Of a stretch of 64,000 bases of DNA, positions 8,007 to 15,843 are shown piece after piece (the stretch's first letter is position 1; every line of letters begins with the position of its first letter). Origin of the DNA: Candidatus Gottesmanbacteria bacterium (GTDB lineage Bacteria; Patescibacteriota; Microgenomatia; UBA10105; UBA927); assembly GCA_963701185.1 (NCBI GenBank), contig OY969569.1, positions 447,054 through 511,053 on the forward strand, written 5' to 3'. The translations under genes were made by a program, and so were the position numbers. The notes beneath the pieces were generated by a model, which did no database searches, was not told where the DNA came from, and worked only from the letters and a program-made list of their open reading frames with translations.

Positions 8007-8741
8007 TTACGTAAGATTCATGTACACCGTTTGCACGTCGTCTAATCCCTCAAGCATACCGGCGAGCTCATCAATTTTAGCACGTACGGCCTCATCCCCT
8101 TCCATGGGCGTCCTGGCATGCATAATGCGTGCCGTATTCTCAATGGGAATATGTGCCGCGGTAAGCGCCTGTTTGACACGCTGCAGCGCATTTTCTTTGG
8201 TATATATTTCGAAAAGATCCGCAGCCTCGACAACATCATCTGCTCCGGCATCGATGGCGGCCGTCAATAATGCATCGAGCGTTATCCCCTGTTTCGGTAC
8301 GGTAAGCACGCCGCGTCTGGTAAATTGAAAGCTCACTGCCCCCGGAGAGGCAAGAGTACCGCCGGCGCGTTCCAAAACATTTTTTATCTGCGAAACCGTC
8401 CTTTGTCGGTTATCCGTCGCCGCTTCAACGAGAATTGCCACGCCTCCGGGTCCGTATCCTTCATAGAGAACTTGTTCAATTGCCGCCGCTCCCTCCCCTG
8501 ATGCTTTTGCAATTGCCCGCTCAATATTTTCCTTGGGCATGTTCACGTCCCGCGCTTTCTCAATTGCGAGGCGCAGATGAAAATTGGAATTCGGATCCGT
8601 AATCCCGCCGCCCTCAGCGACCGCAACCGTAATTGCCCGTGACGCTTTCGTGAACGCAAAACTTTTCACCACGTCGGTCGTGGCTTTTTGATGTTTCACT
8701 TTTGACCACTTGGAATGACCGCTCATATAAAGAAATCTCAA
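8007..8741 (-). CDS. yebC: YebC/PmpR family DNA-binding regulatory protein
   Basis: MSGHSKWSKVKHQKATTD ... GGGITDPNSNFHLRLAIEKARDVNMPKENIERAI. Confidence 0.9.
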   Translation of the reverse strand: MRFLYMSGHSKWSKVKHQKATTDVVKSFAFTKASRAITVAVAEGGGITDPNSNFHLRLAIEKARDVNMPKENIERAIAKASGEGAAAIEQVLYEGYGPGGVAILVEAATDNRQRTVSQIKNVLERAGGTLASPGAVSFQFTRRGVLTVPKQGITLDALLTAAIDAGADDVVEAADLFEIYTKENALQRVKQALTAAHIPIENTARIMHARTPMEGDEAVRAKIDELAGMLEGLDDVQTVYMNLT

Positions 8742-8827
8742 ATCAAAAAACCCAATATAATTCTTTTTCCTTGTTGTATTCTATCTGCTCCCTTGACTTT
8801 TCTCAAGAAATCGATACACTGCCCGTT

Positions 8828-9553
8828 ATGAATCCCTCTCATCCGACGGCGGACTCTGCCATTTCCGCCGCACTTGCCCAGGATTGGAAAGAGGCTATCC
8901 GCATTAATCTTGCGATCCTCAAATCCGATAAAGGAGACCTCGAGGCTCTATGCCGTCTGGCATTTGCCTACCTCAAAACCGGCCAGCTGCTTGCCGCAAA
9001 ACGAACCTATCAAAAAGTGCTCGGGTTGGACAAATACAACCAAATCGCAACAAAGAATCTCAAAAAAATGATTTCTCTTAAAAAAAAGGACATGGCAAAC
9101 GAAGCGTGCACGTTCATGTCGCCGATGATATTCCTGGAAGAACCCGGTAAAACGAAAATTGTTGAATGCGTTCATGTTGCGCCTTCCCATGTGCTCTCTA
9201 CTCTTTCTGCAGGGCAGGAAGTATTTTTGAAACCGAAACAGCATGGAATCGAAGTGCGTACCAGTAATCAGACTTATGTCGCGGCGCTTCCTGACGACAT
9301 GTCGTTTAAGCTCAATAAAATGATGTCTGCCGGCAATACCTACCAGACAATCGTGAAGGGCGTGGAGAAAAAATCCGTGAAGGTCATGCTGCGGGAATTA
9401 ACCCGGGGCAAGCGTTTCGCCAGCCAGCCGTCGTTTACCAGTACCACGAGCTACGTCTCGTTTGCAAAATCCGGAACCCGCGAAACGCCGGATATGACAC
9501 CGACCGGCGAAGATGCGGAGGAAGCGGCTCCGGACGAAGCCGAAGCGTCCTAA
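8828..9553 (+). CDS. TPR-repeat protein, unknown function
   Basis: TPR-like helices (ALCRLAFAYLKTGQLLAAKRTYQKVLGLD). Start moved to the MNPSHP ATG to avoid overlap with yebC. Acidic C-terminus. Confidence 0.5.
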   Translation: MNPSHPTADSAISAALAQDWKEAIRINLAILKSDKGDLEALCRLAFAYLKTGQLLAAKRTYQKVLGLDKYNQIATKNLKKMISLKKKDMANEACTFMSPMIFLEEPGKTKIVECVHVAPSHVLSTLSAGQEVFLKPKQHGIEVRTSNQTYVAALPDDMSFKLNKMMSAGNTYQTIVKGVEKKSVKVMLRELTRGKRFASQPSFTSTTSYVSFAKSGTRETPDMTPTGEDAEEAAPDEAEAS

Positions 9554-10440
9554 TTTGGAATAAATCGTTTCTCATACATTTTTCCGATGCGCAAAATAAT
9601 ATCAGCACGACTCACCTTCCCCACCACACTACGACAACCTAATACCGACACGATAACCTTCGCGCTTTTGCTTTTTAGTATGGGCTCGCTCCCTGTCACG
9701 GTACATGTATTAACTTCCGGCGTGTCATTGCCGACCGTGACCACGGAGACTCCGAGATTCGTCAGAAGCCTCCCTATTCTGTTGCCCAGTGAGGGCATAC
9801 CCGTCGTATTGTAGACAGCAACCGTGACTGACTCACGCCGTACGGACTCATCTTCAAATATTGTATTGAGTTGTGCGTCCAGCCGCTGGGGATCAAGAAT
9901 TTTCACCGTCGAGCCGTCAGGCAATACCGAGTCTCCTGCTACCGCCGCCGTATCTTGCGTAAAATCATAGGTTTTAACCCGGTCGGGCCGCTCTACATCC
10001 AACATCCATGCTAAACTGATAAATGTATTGAGAGGAATATTTGTGCGATAGACGCCTCCTAAAAACCCGAAAATATTTTTTATCGAAAAAACAGACTGGG
10101 ATATATTTCCGCCCGTTTTGGAGCCGATATAGCCGGTAATCGGAATACCGAGAGCCTCGCTCATGATTTCTGACAGCACCATCCCATCTTTCTTGTCTAT
10201 TTCCCCTAGCCGCCAAAACGCGGCAAGGGAGTATGTGCCATACCCATGCGTGCCTTCTGCTGCAATATCGGCAGGAAATGAAATCAGCGTGAGCGTCCGG
10301 TCAACCTCACTCCAGGATGCAACGATCACGGGGTCAGATACGAGGACATACGTTTCGCGGCCCAACGGATTTTTTGCCCGGGGAAATAATATCCAGACCG
10401 CGACGGCAAGAACGCACAGAACAATGAAAATTCTCTTCAT
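9550..10440 (-). CDS. LytR-CpsA-Psr (LCP) family-like cell-envelope protein with LytR_C-like C-terminus
   Basis: N-terminal TM. C-terminal segment VAVYNTTGMPSLGNRIGRLLTNLGVSVVTVGN resembles the LytR_C domain. Confidence 0.5.
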   Translation of the reverse strand: MKRIFIVLCVLAVAVWILFPRAKNPLGRETYVLVSDPVIVASWSEVDRTLTLISFPADIAAEGTHGYGTYSLAAFWRLGEIDKKDGMVLSEIMSEALGIPITGYIGSKTGGNISQSVFSIKNIFGFLGGVYRTNIPLNTFISLAWMLDVERPDRVKTYDFTQDTAAVAGDSVLPDGSTVKILDPQRLDAQLNTIFEDESVRRESVTVAVYNTTGMPSLGNRIGRLLTNLGVSVVTVGNDTPEVNTCTVTGSEPILKSKSAKVIVSVLGCRSVVGKVSRADIILRIGKMYEKRFIPN

Positions 10441-10590
10441 TTACCAATCCTTCTTGCCCTTTTTAATAATTTCTACCTGCGGCATCTGCCACGATGCAAC
10501 CCCTGCCATTTGCTTTTGCGCCTTTTTCTCGAGCACCGATTTTTTCAGTTTCTTTTTCTTCTCGTTATTGTAATCTCCGAATGACGGCAT
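10441..10590 (-). CDS. small basic hypothetical protein (49 aa)
   Basis: Strong RBS GTGAGGAGGAAATACTATG. Lys-rich (MPSFGDYNNEKKKKLKKSVLEKKAQ...). Abuts the LCP start. Below the ORF-track cutoff. Confidence 0.3.
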   Translation of the reverse strand: MPSFGDYNNEKKKKLKKSVLEKKAQKQMAGVASWQMPQVEIIKKGKKDW

Positions 10591-10612
10591 AGTATTTCCT
10601 CCTCACTGTATT

Positions 10613-11830
10613 CTATAGCCATTTCCGCTTTAGTTCAAGAAAAGAATTCCTCCTGATACTTTCTCTAATGTCATCTACGAGCCGGTGGATAAAATGAAGA
10701 TTATGAATCGTTGCCAGCCGATATCCCAAAAGTTCTTTGACGTGAAACAGGTGATGGATGTAGGCGCGGGTAAAATGCGTGCATGTGTAGCATGCGCAGC
10801 CCTTCTCAACCGGCCCGAAATCTTCCGCAAAACCCGCTTTCGTAATATCAATAGCCCCCCGCTTTTCATACAACACACCGACTCGGGCCAATCGGGTCGG
10901 CTGGACGCAGTCAAAGGTATCCATACCGTGTTCCACAAGCGTAAAAATATCATCAACCTCCCCCACTCCCAGAAGATGGCGGGGTTTATCCTCCGGCAAA
11001 AGCGGCGTCACCCATGCCAAAACATTTTCCATTTCCTTTTTGCTTTCCCCTACCGATACGCCGCCGATGGCAATTCCGTCAAAATCCATGAAGCTGATTA
11101 CCTTCGCCGACTCCTTCCGCAAATCCTCAAACACGCTCCCTTGAATAGACCCGTACAAAGCGGTCGACGAATTTAACAAAATAGTTTTTTTGTTTTTTAA
11201 TTTTTTGTGTTCTTCCAGACTTCGTTTTGCCCATGCGTGGGTCCGATCCAAAGATTTCCGTGCTTTTTCGTGAGTTACCCCGTACGGCGTGCAGTCGTCA
11301 AACGCGATATGCATATCGCTCCCCAACTCCTCCTGCCACTTCATCGAAGATTCCGGGGTAAATATATGTTTCGTCCCGTCCCAATGGGATTGAAATTCAA
11401 CGCCGTCATCGGTAATTTTTACCATTTTTTTATTGTCATTCCCGACCTGATCGGGAATCCGCGTTTCTCCAAAAACCAATACCGATTCCCGCCTTCGCGG
11501 GAATGACATAGAAGAACGCCCGAGTGAAAAAACCTGGAACCCTCCGCTGTCCGTCATGATCGGCCGGTTCCAGTTCATAAATTTGTGCAAACCGCCGGCT
11601 TTTTTGATAACCTCAATCTCCGGCCGCAGATACATATGATACGTATTGACGAAAAACAGTTGAACACCAATTGTATTCAATTCTTCGGGTGTGAGGCTTT
11701 TGACCGTCGCCTGTGTGCCCACCGGCACAAACGCCGGGGTTTGGATATCGCCATGCGCCGTATGGATTACCCCCACCCGCGCCCGTGTTTTCTTATCTTT
11801 GTGAATCTGTTTGAAGCTAAATTCTCCCAT
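10613..11830 (-). CDS. tgt: queuine tRNA-ribosyltransferase
   Basis: [42 protein letters not shown]...HHLF. Carries an in-frame ~30-aa insert encoded by a palindromic element. Confidence 0.9.
   Translation of the reverse strand: [405 protein letters not shown]
11434..11508. repeat. 75-bp element with terminal inverted repeats TGTCATTCCCG...CGGGAATGACA and two internal hairpins, inserted in-frame in tgt
   Basis: Hairpins ATTCCCGA-CCTG-ATCGGGAAT and GATTCCCGC-CTTC-GCGGGAAT. Encodes the extra segment [31 protein letters not shown]. Confidence 0.75.
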
Positions 11831-11855
11831 GTCCCCTATTTTATCACGTCCTGAA

Positions 11856-11886
11856 TTGACAAAGCAGAAAGAGAGAGAGATAGAAT
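11856..11886 (+). promoter_or_regulatory. Candidate sigma70-type promoter TTGACA-N19-TAGAAT, 7 nt upstream of the 11894 ORF
   Basis: Read directly; no SD sequence (near-leaderless). Confidence 0.4.
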
Positions 11887-11893
11887 TCTCCGC

Positions 11894-12190
11894 ATGGCTT
11901 CAATTGAATGTAAAAACCGATCAATTTCTGATATACAAGAATTACGACCGCCGGTTCAGGTCGATGAGACGCATGCAGTAACGATAGCTAAAGTTAGAGG
12001 AAACGGAGCACGCTCTGATGCGATTTGCATGTTGTTAACAAGAGATATTAATTCTGTTCCTTTCTGCAAAGCCCCAAGCCATTCCGAAACGGATTGCCCG
12101 GTTGCTTTATTTTATAACGGAACAATTACGTATAAAAAAGCGAACGAACTTCTGGATAAGGCGTACGGAAAACCACAAACCATTGGCTAA
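11894..12190 (+). CDS. hypothetical protein
   Basis: 98-aa ORF. Confidence 0.4.
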   Translation: MASIECKNRSISDIQELRPPVQVDETHAVTIAKVRGNGARSDAICMLLTRDINSVPFCKAPSHSETDCPVALFYNGTITYKKANELLDKAYGKPQTIG

Positions 12191-12200
12191 ACTTCTACTT

Positions 12201-12491
12201 TTACGCGGGGAGGAGTTTGGTTTTGAATGCGTTGAATTCGCGGCGGGTGACAGAGTCTGTTTCCAGATCAATCACGCGGCGGCGGATATCGGAAACATCT
12301 GACGCCACATCATCAACCTTGTCTTCTACTCTCTTGAGATCTTCAGCTTTGGCTAGTTTCTTCACACCATCTTTTGTCGCGTAATCTTCCAGCGTTTTAC
12401 TTATCACAGTTGCAATTTGCGTCACAGCATCATCAATATCCCCTTTTGTTGCTGGTGCCTGAAGGTTTCTCTTTTTCATATCTTGTATCAA
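12201..12491 (-). CDS. hypothetical charged/coiled-coil small protein
   Basis: 96 aa, Lys/Asp/Glu-rich. Its C-terminal 32 codons are duplicated in the chimeric ORF at 12634..12915. Confidence 0.4.
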   Translation of the reverse strand: MIQDMKKRNLQAPATKGDIDDAVTQIATVISKTLEDYATKDGVKKLAKAEDLKRVEDKVDDVASDVSDIRRRVIDLETDSVTRREFNAFKTKLLPA

Positions 12492-12576
12492 GATAGCATA
12501 TTCAAAACGAATTACAATAATACAAATTACTATATTCTATCCCGCGCCATGTTCGATCTTGAGGCGTGAGATCGTT

Positions 12577-12604
12577 TGTTTTAATGTTTTAAAACATTAA
12601 AACA
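12577..12604. repeat. 28-bp palindrome copy 3, followed by the conserved flank GGACATACGAGGAGTATCCTTGTAGGATG
   Basis: Read directly. Confidence 0.9.
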
Positions 12605-12633
12605 GGACATACGAGGAGTATCCTTGTAGGATG

Positions 12634-12915
12634 CTATGCGGGGAGAACTTTTGTTTTGAATTCTTTGAATTCGCGGCGGGTGACGGTGTCGGTTTCGAGA
12701 TCTATCACGCGCCGGCGGATATCGGAAACGTCGCCTGCGTTCCAACGGGCACAAACGCCGGGGTCTTGATGACCCCGTGAGCCGTATGTATCTCCCCCAC
12801 CCGCGCCTTTGTCTTTTTGTCTCTGTGAATCTGCCTGAAGCTGAAATCCCGCATACAGGCTATTGTAGCACGCTTTTAATTGACAAAGCAGAGAGAGAGA
12901 GGTAGATTTAAACAT
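12634..12915 (-). pseudogene. Chimeric ORF from a diverged partial duplication: tgt 5' region (11703..11893) fused to the 3' end of the 12201..12491 gene
   Basis: 12633-12730 is ~85% identical by eye to 12203-12300. 12727-12915 matches 11704-11893 including the TTGACA promoter. The ORF ends ...[32 protein letters not shown] vs the original ...[32 protein letters not shown]. Confidence 0.6.
12880..12908 (+). promoter_or_regulatory. Duplicated promoter TTGACA-N17-TAGATT, 7 nt upstream of the 12916 ORF
   Basis: Paralogous to 11856..11886. Confidence 0.35.
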
Positions 12916-13299
12916 ATGAGATCAGGTGAATTCATGCAACCAAAACAAGAACTTGGGGGGGAAAGTTTAGTGAACTACTTCGCCGGAATGTTGTTTGATG
13001 AAACGATAGCCATGCAGTTCGTTAAAACGCGATCCCAAGAAGCAAAAATTTTTGAGGGCGCAGACAAAATTCTTCAAGAAAATGAAAGGATAGATCAACA
13101 TCTTAGAAATCAAGGCCTTTATTTTTATGAACCAAATGGTTCAATTTTTATGGATTACAAAAAAATGCGCGAGCGCAAATATTCTGAAGATGGGTCTTTA
13201 AGCAAATGGCAGGAGCAACATGTTAAGCCAACCATGTCCGCAGAACAAGCATTTAAAATTTGTAAAAAGGAAGTCACAACGTGGTGGGATGTTAAATAA
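12916..13299 (+). CDS. hypothetical protein
   Basis: 127-aa ORF from the ATG at 12916 (MRSGEFMQPKQ...); no known motif. Confidence 0.4.
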   Translation: MRSGEFMQPKQELGGESLVNYFAGMLFDETIAMQFVKTRSQEAKIFEGADKILQENERIDQHLRNQGLYFYEPNGSIFMDYKKMRERKYSEDGSLSKWQEQHVKPTMSAEQAFKICKKEVTTWWDVK

Positions 13300-13322
13300 T
13301 ATAAATCTCGCGACAAAAAGTT

Positions 13323-13350
13323 TGTTTTAATGTTTTAAAACATTAAAACA
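13323..13350. repeat. 28-bp palindrome copy 4, followed by the related flank TCACCTGCAAGGATACTCCTCGTAGGACG
   Basis: Read directly. Confidence 0.9.
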
Positions 13351-13384
13351 TCACCTGCAAGGATACTCCTCGTAGGACGATTCA

Positions 13385-13951
13385 TTAATATTCTTTTGTT
13401 TCAATAACTTTCTTCAACAACTTTTCAACGTCGAGGATTTTTGCTTGGGTGGAAAGATATTTTTCATCTAATCTCCCTTTCTGCACTTTCAACATGCCAA
13501 CGCAGTCGCGGAAATGGCGTTCGCTCATCACCTGTTTACACCAGGATAATTTCGTAAGAATAAGATCTTCTGCGGAGACAATCGGGATTTCCAGTTGGTT
13601 GAGAGTAAGATAGCGTTTCCGTTGTTCATTTGCCTCAAATTCATGATCGGCAACAAGCCATAAATCTACTTTTGTTGTCGTTTCGGTGTGATACAGCGTA
13701 TAAAACGTCACATGTTCATTATTCAATTCAGTCGTATCCTGAACATATGTTGACGGAAGAGAGAAAAGTGCGCGTATCAATTGTTTTTTCGCTTTTTCCT
13801 CTATTTCCAATACAAAATCGATGTCGTGTGTCGCACGCGGATACCCATAGGAAGATACTGCGAAACTCCCCGTCAGGAGATACGGAACGTTGAATCGGCG
13901 GAAAAGTTTTGCAAATGTAATAAGAATGTCCCGTTGGCCCTGTTCATTCAT
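13385..13951 (-). CDS. minimal nucleotidyltransferase (Pol-beta superfamily) domain protein
   Basis: G-S-x(n)-D-x-D signature LLTGSFAVSSYGYPRATHDIDFVLEI; 188 aa. Confidence 0.55.
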   Translation of the reverse strand: MNEQGQRDILITFAKLFRRFNVPYLLTGSFAVSSYGYPRATHDIDFVLEIEEKAKKQLIRALFSLPSTYVQDTTELNNEHVTFYTLYHTETTTKVDLWLVADHEFEANEQRKRYLTLNQLEIPIVSAEDLILTKLSWCKQVMSERHFRDCVGMLKVQKGRLDEKYLSTQAKILDVEKLLKKVIETKEY

Positions 13952-14088
13952 GATTTTTTATTTCTTTTTTTACGCGGTGCCTCGTGCGTCCCTTTTGCGG
14001 CTAACTCCCGAACCAAATCAGAGAGCTTGAATGCTTGTTCTAGCCGTTGTTCAGGAGTAAGTTTTTGAAGAAGTATTGTTTGATTCAT
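13948..14088 (-). CDS. 46-aa ORF whose TGA overlaps the nucleotidyltransferase ATG (ATGA)
   Basis: MNQTILLQKLTPEQRLEQAFKLSDLVRELAAKGTHEAPRKKRNKKS; below the ORF-track cutoff. Confidence 0.3.
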   Translation of the reverse strand: MNQTILLQKLTPEQRLEQAFKLSDLVRELAAKGTHEAPRKKRNKKS

Positions 14089-14112
14089 CAGGAGTATTAT
14101 ACACCATCACTA

Positions 14113-15843
14113 TTACCCCACCCCGTGTTCTATTTTTAATCTCGATATCTTTCTTGCGACGTCTGCCTCCGCTACACCGAAGGACGGAAGCAGGCGCTCG
14201 ACGATCGCGAGAGCCGCCTCAAACTCCGGCTGGATGACGGCGTCCACCCCCAGGGACTTGAGATATTTCTGGTCCTCCTCGTGATGCGTCCGGCAGATAA
14301 TTTTGATGCGGCGGTTAAGAGTTTGGGCATGGGCAATCACCAACTCCTGCGTATGGCGGTCCGGAATGGCGATAATAATTGCTTTCGCGTAGTCAACCTG
14401 CGCGTAATCCAACACGTTTTTGTCCGCCGGATCGCCGTACACGACCGGAATACCTTTGGCCGTCAGCGCCGCAATGGCCGCATTATTGTAATCAACAACC
14501 ACAAACGGAATCTCTGCCATGGCAAGGGCGCGGCCGATATACTTCCCCACCCTTCCATAGCCGCACAGAACGACGTGGTCCCGGTACGGAAGTTCCTCTT
14601 TGACGTCCGGCTCCTCGCGGGACGTACGGAACACCTTCGGCAGATATTTGTCCATCCATCCGTGCATGCCGTAATACAAACTGTGTCCCTGGGAAATAAA
14701 CGGGGTAGAGACCAGAATCGTAAGAAATGTCAGGGCGATAAGAAACGTATACTGATCCCGGGTCAGGGCGCCCAAGACCCAGCCCTGGCTTGCGATAATA
14801 AAACCGAACTCACTCATTTGGACAAGTCCAACCGCAACAAGAAAAGAGGTTTTCCGGTGATATCCCATGAAACGCATGAGTCCCATGACCACAAACCATT
14901 TGACGGCAAGAATAAAAACGGTGAGAATGGCAAGCGTACCGGCTGCCCGCAGCAGGTATGCCCCCGGTATCCCCATGCCGATCGTGACAAAAAACACCAC
15001 GACAAAGAGATCCCGAAGCGGCCGTACTTCGGCAAAAATCGCATGATTCTCACTTGTTTCAGAAATGAGGAGTCCCGCCACAAACGCACCGAGGGCAGCC
15101 GACAACCCCAACACGTACGTGGTCATTGCGGACAAAAAAACCAGACCCACGGTCACCAGCATAAATATCTCGCGGTTCCCCAGTGTCGCCACTTTCCCCA
15201 GCGCCTTGGGCACAACCTTTTTCCCCAGAAAAATAATAAGAGCAAGCGCGACTGCCGCCTTGAGGAATCCCAAAGAGAGTGACGCGGCTAAACTCATTGC
15301 GCTAATATCCCCGGTATGCGCGGCTCCGATGACGGACGGCAGGATAATCATAATCGGAACGACGGCTAAATCCTGGAGAACCGACCAGCCGGTCATCATT
15401 TCACCCGGCACGGTATCCAGTTCTCCCCGCTCGGACAAAACCTTCACAATAACGGCGGTCGAAGAAAGCGATCCGGCAATAGCAATAACGAGAGACGCCA
15501 GAAACGGGAATCCGAGAAACATGCTAAATAATAAAAACAGGAAGATACACAAAAGGATCTGGGTAATGGCGGCCCACGGCAGAGTCCCCATGAGTTTCTT
15601 CAGCCGGTGAAAGGAAAACTCGACGCCCAGAGTAAAAAGAAGAAGGGTCACGCCGACATCACCGATCCCTTTCAAAAATGCGGCATCGGTGGCACGCGGA
15701 AACAGATTGCCAAAAAGGATCCCCGCGGCAATATATCCCAAAAGCGTGGGTTGTTTAAGCATTTTTGCAATTGCCCCGCCTAAAATCGCGGCGCTAAACA
15801 CAAGAAGCAAGGTAGAGATGAGTGACAGGCTATGTGCGTCCAT
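14113..15843 (-). CDS. monovalent cation:proton antiporter-2 (Kef-type) with C-terminal TrkA-N/RCK domain
   Basis: About 12 TM helices plus VVLCGYGRVGKYIGRAL...VVVDYN, a Rossmann NAD-binding motif. Confidence 0.8.
   Translation of the reverse strand: MDAHSLSLISTLLLVFSAAILGGAIAKMLKQPTLLGYIAAGILFGNLFPRATDAAFLKGIGDVGVTLLLFTLGVEFSFHRLKKLMGTLPWAAITQILLCIFLFLLFSMFLGFPFLASLVIAIAGSLSSTAVIVKVLSERGELDTVPGEMMTGWSVLQDLAVVPIMIILPSVIGAAHTGDISAMSLAASLSLGFLKAAVALALIIFLGKKVVPKALGKVATLGNREIFMLVTVGLVFLSAMTTYVLGLSAALGAFVAGLLISETSENHAIFAEVRPLRDLFVVVFFVTIGMGIPGAYLLRAAGTLAILTVFILAVKWFVVMGLMRFMGYHRKTSFLVAVGLVQMSEFGFIIASQGWVLGALTRDQYTFLIALTFLTILVSTPFISQGHSLYYGMHGWMDKYLPKVFRTSREEPDVKEELPYRDHVVLCGYGRVGKYIGRALAMAEIPFVVVDYNNAAIAALTAKGIPVVYGDPADKNVLDYAQVDYAKAIIIAIPDRHTQELVIAHAQTLNRRIKIICRTHHEEDQKYLKSLGVDAVIQPEFEAALAIVERLLPSFGVAEADVARKISRLKIEHGVG

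Noticed and set aside
8702-8827. Upstream 42-codon extension of the TPR protein overlapping yebC
   Set aside because: Would overlap the yebC 3' end by 40 bp. A later in-frame ATG at 8828 gives a sensible N-terminus.
14281-15282. Long plus-strand ORF (333 aa) inside the Kef antiporter gene, and similar antisense ORFs (e.g. 37593..38060, 38863..39657, 44843..45835, 30085..30720)
   Set aside because: Low-complexity Arg/His/Gln-rich translations with no motifs, fully embedded antisense to well-supported genes. These are frame artefacts of GC-skewed coding DNA.
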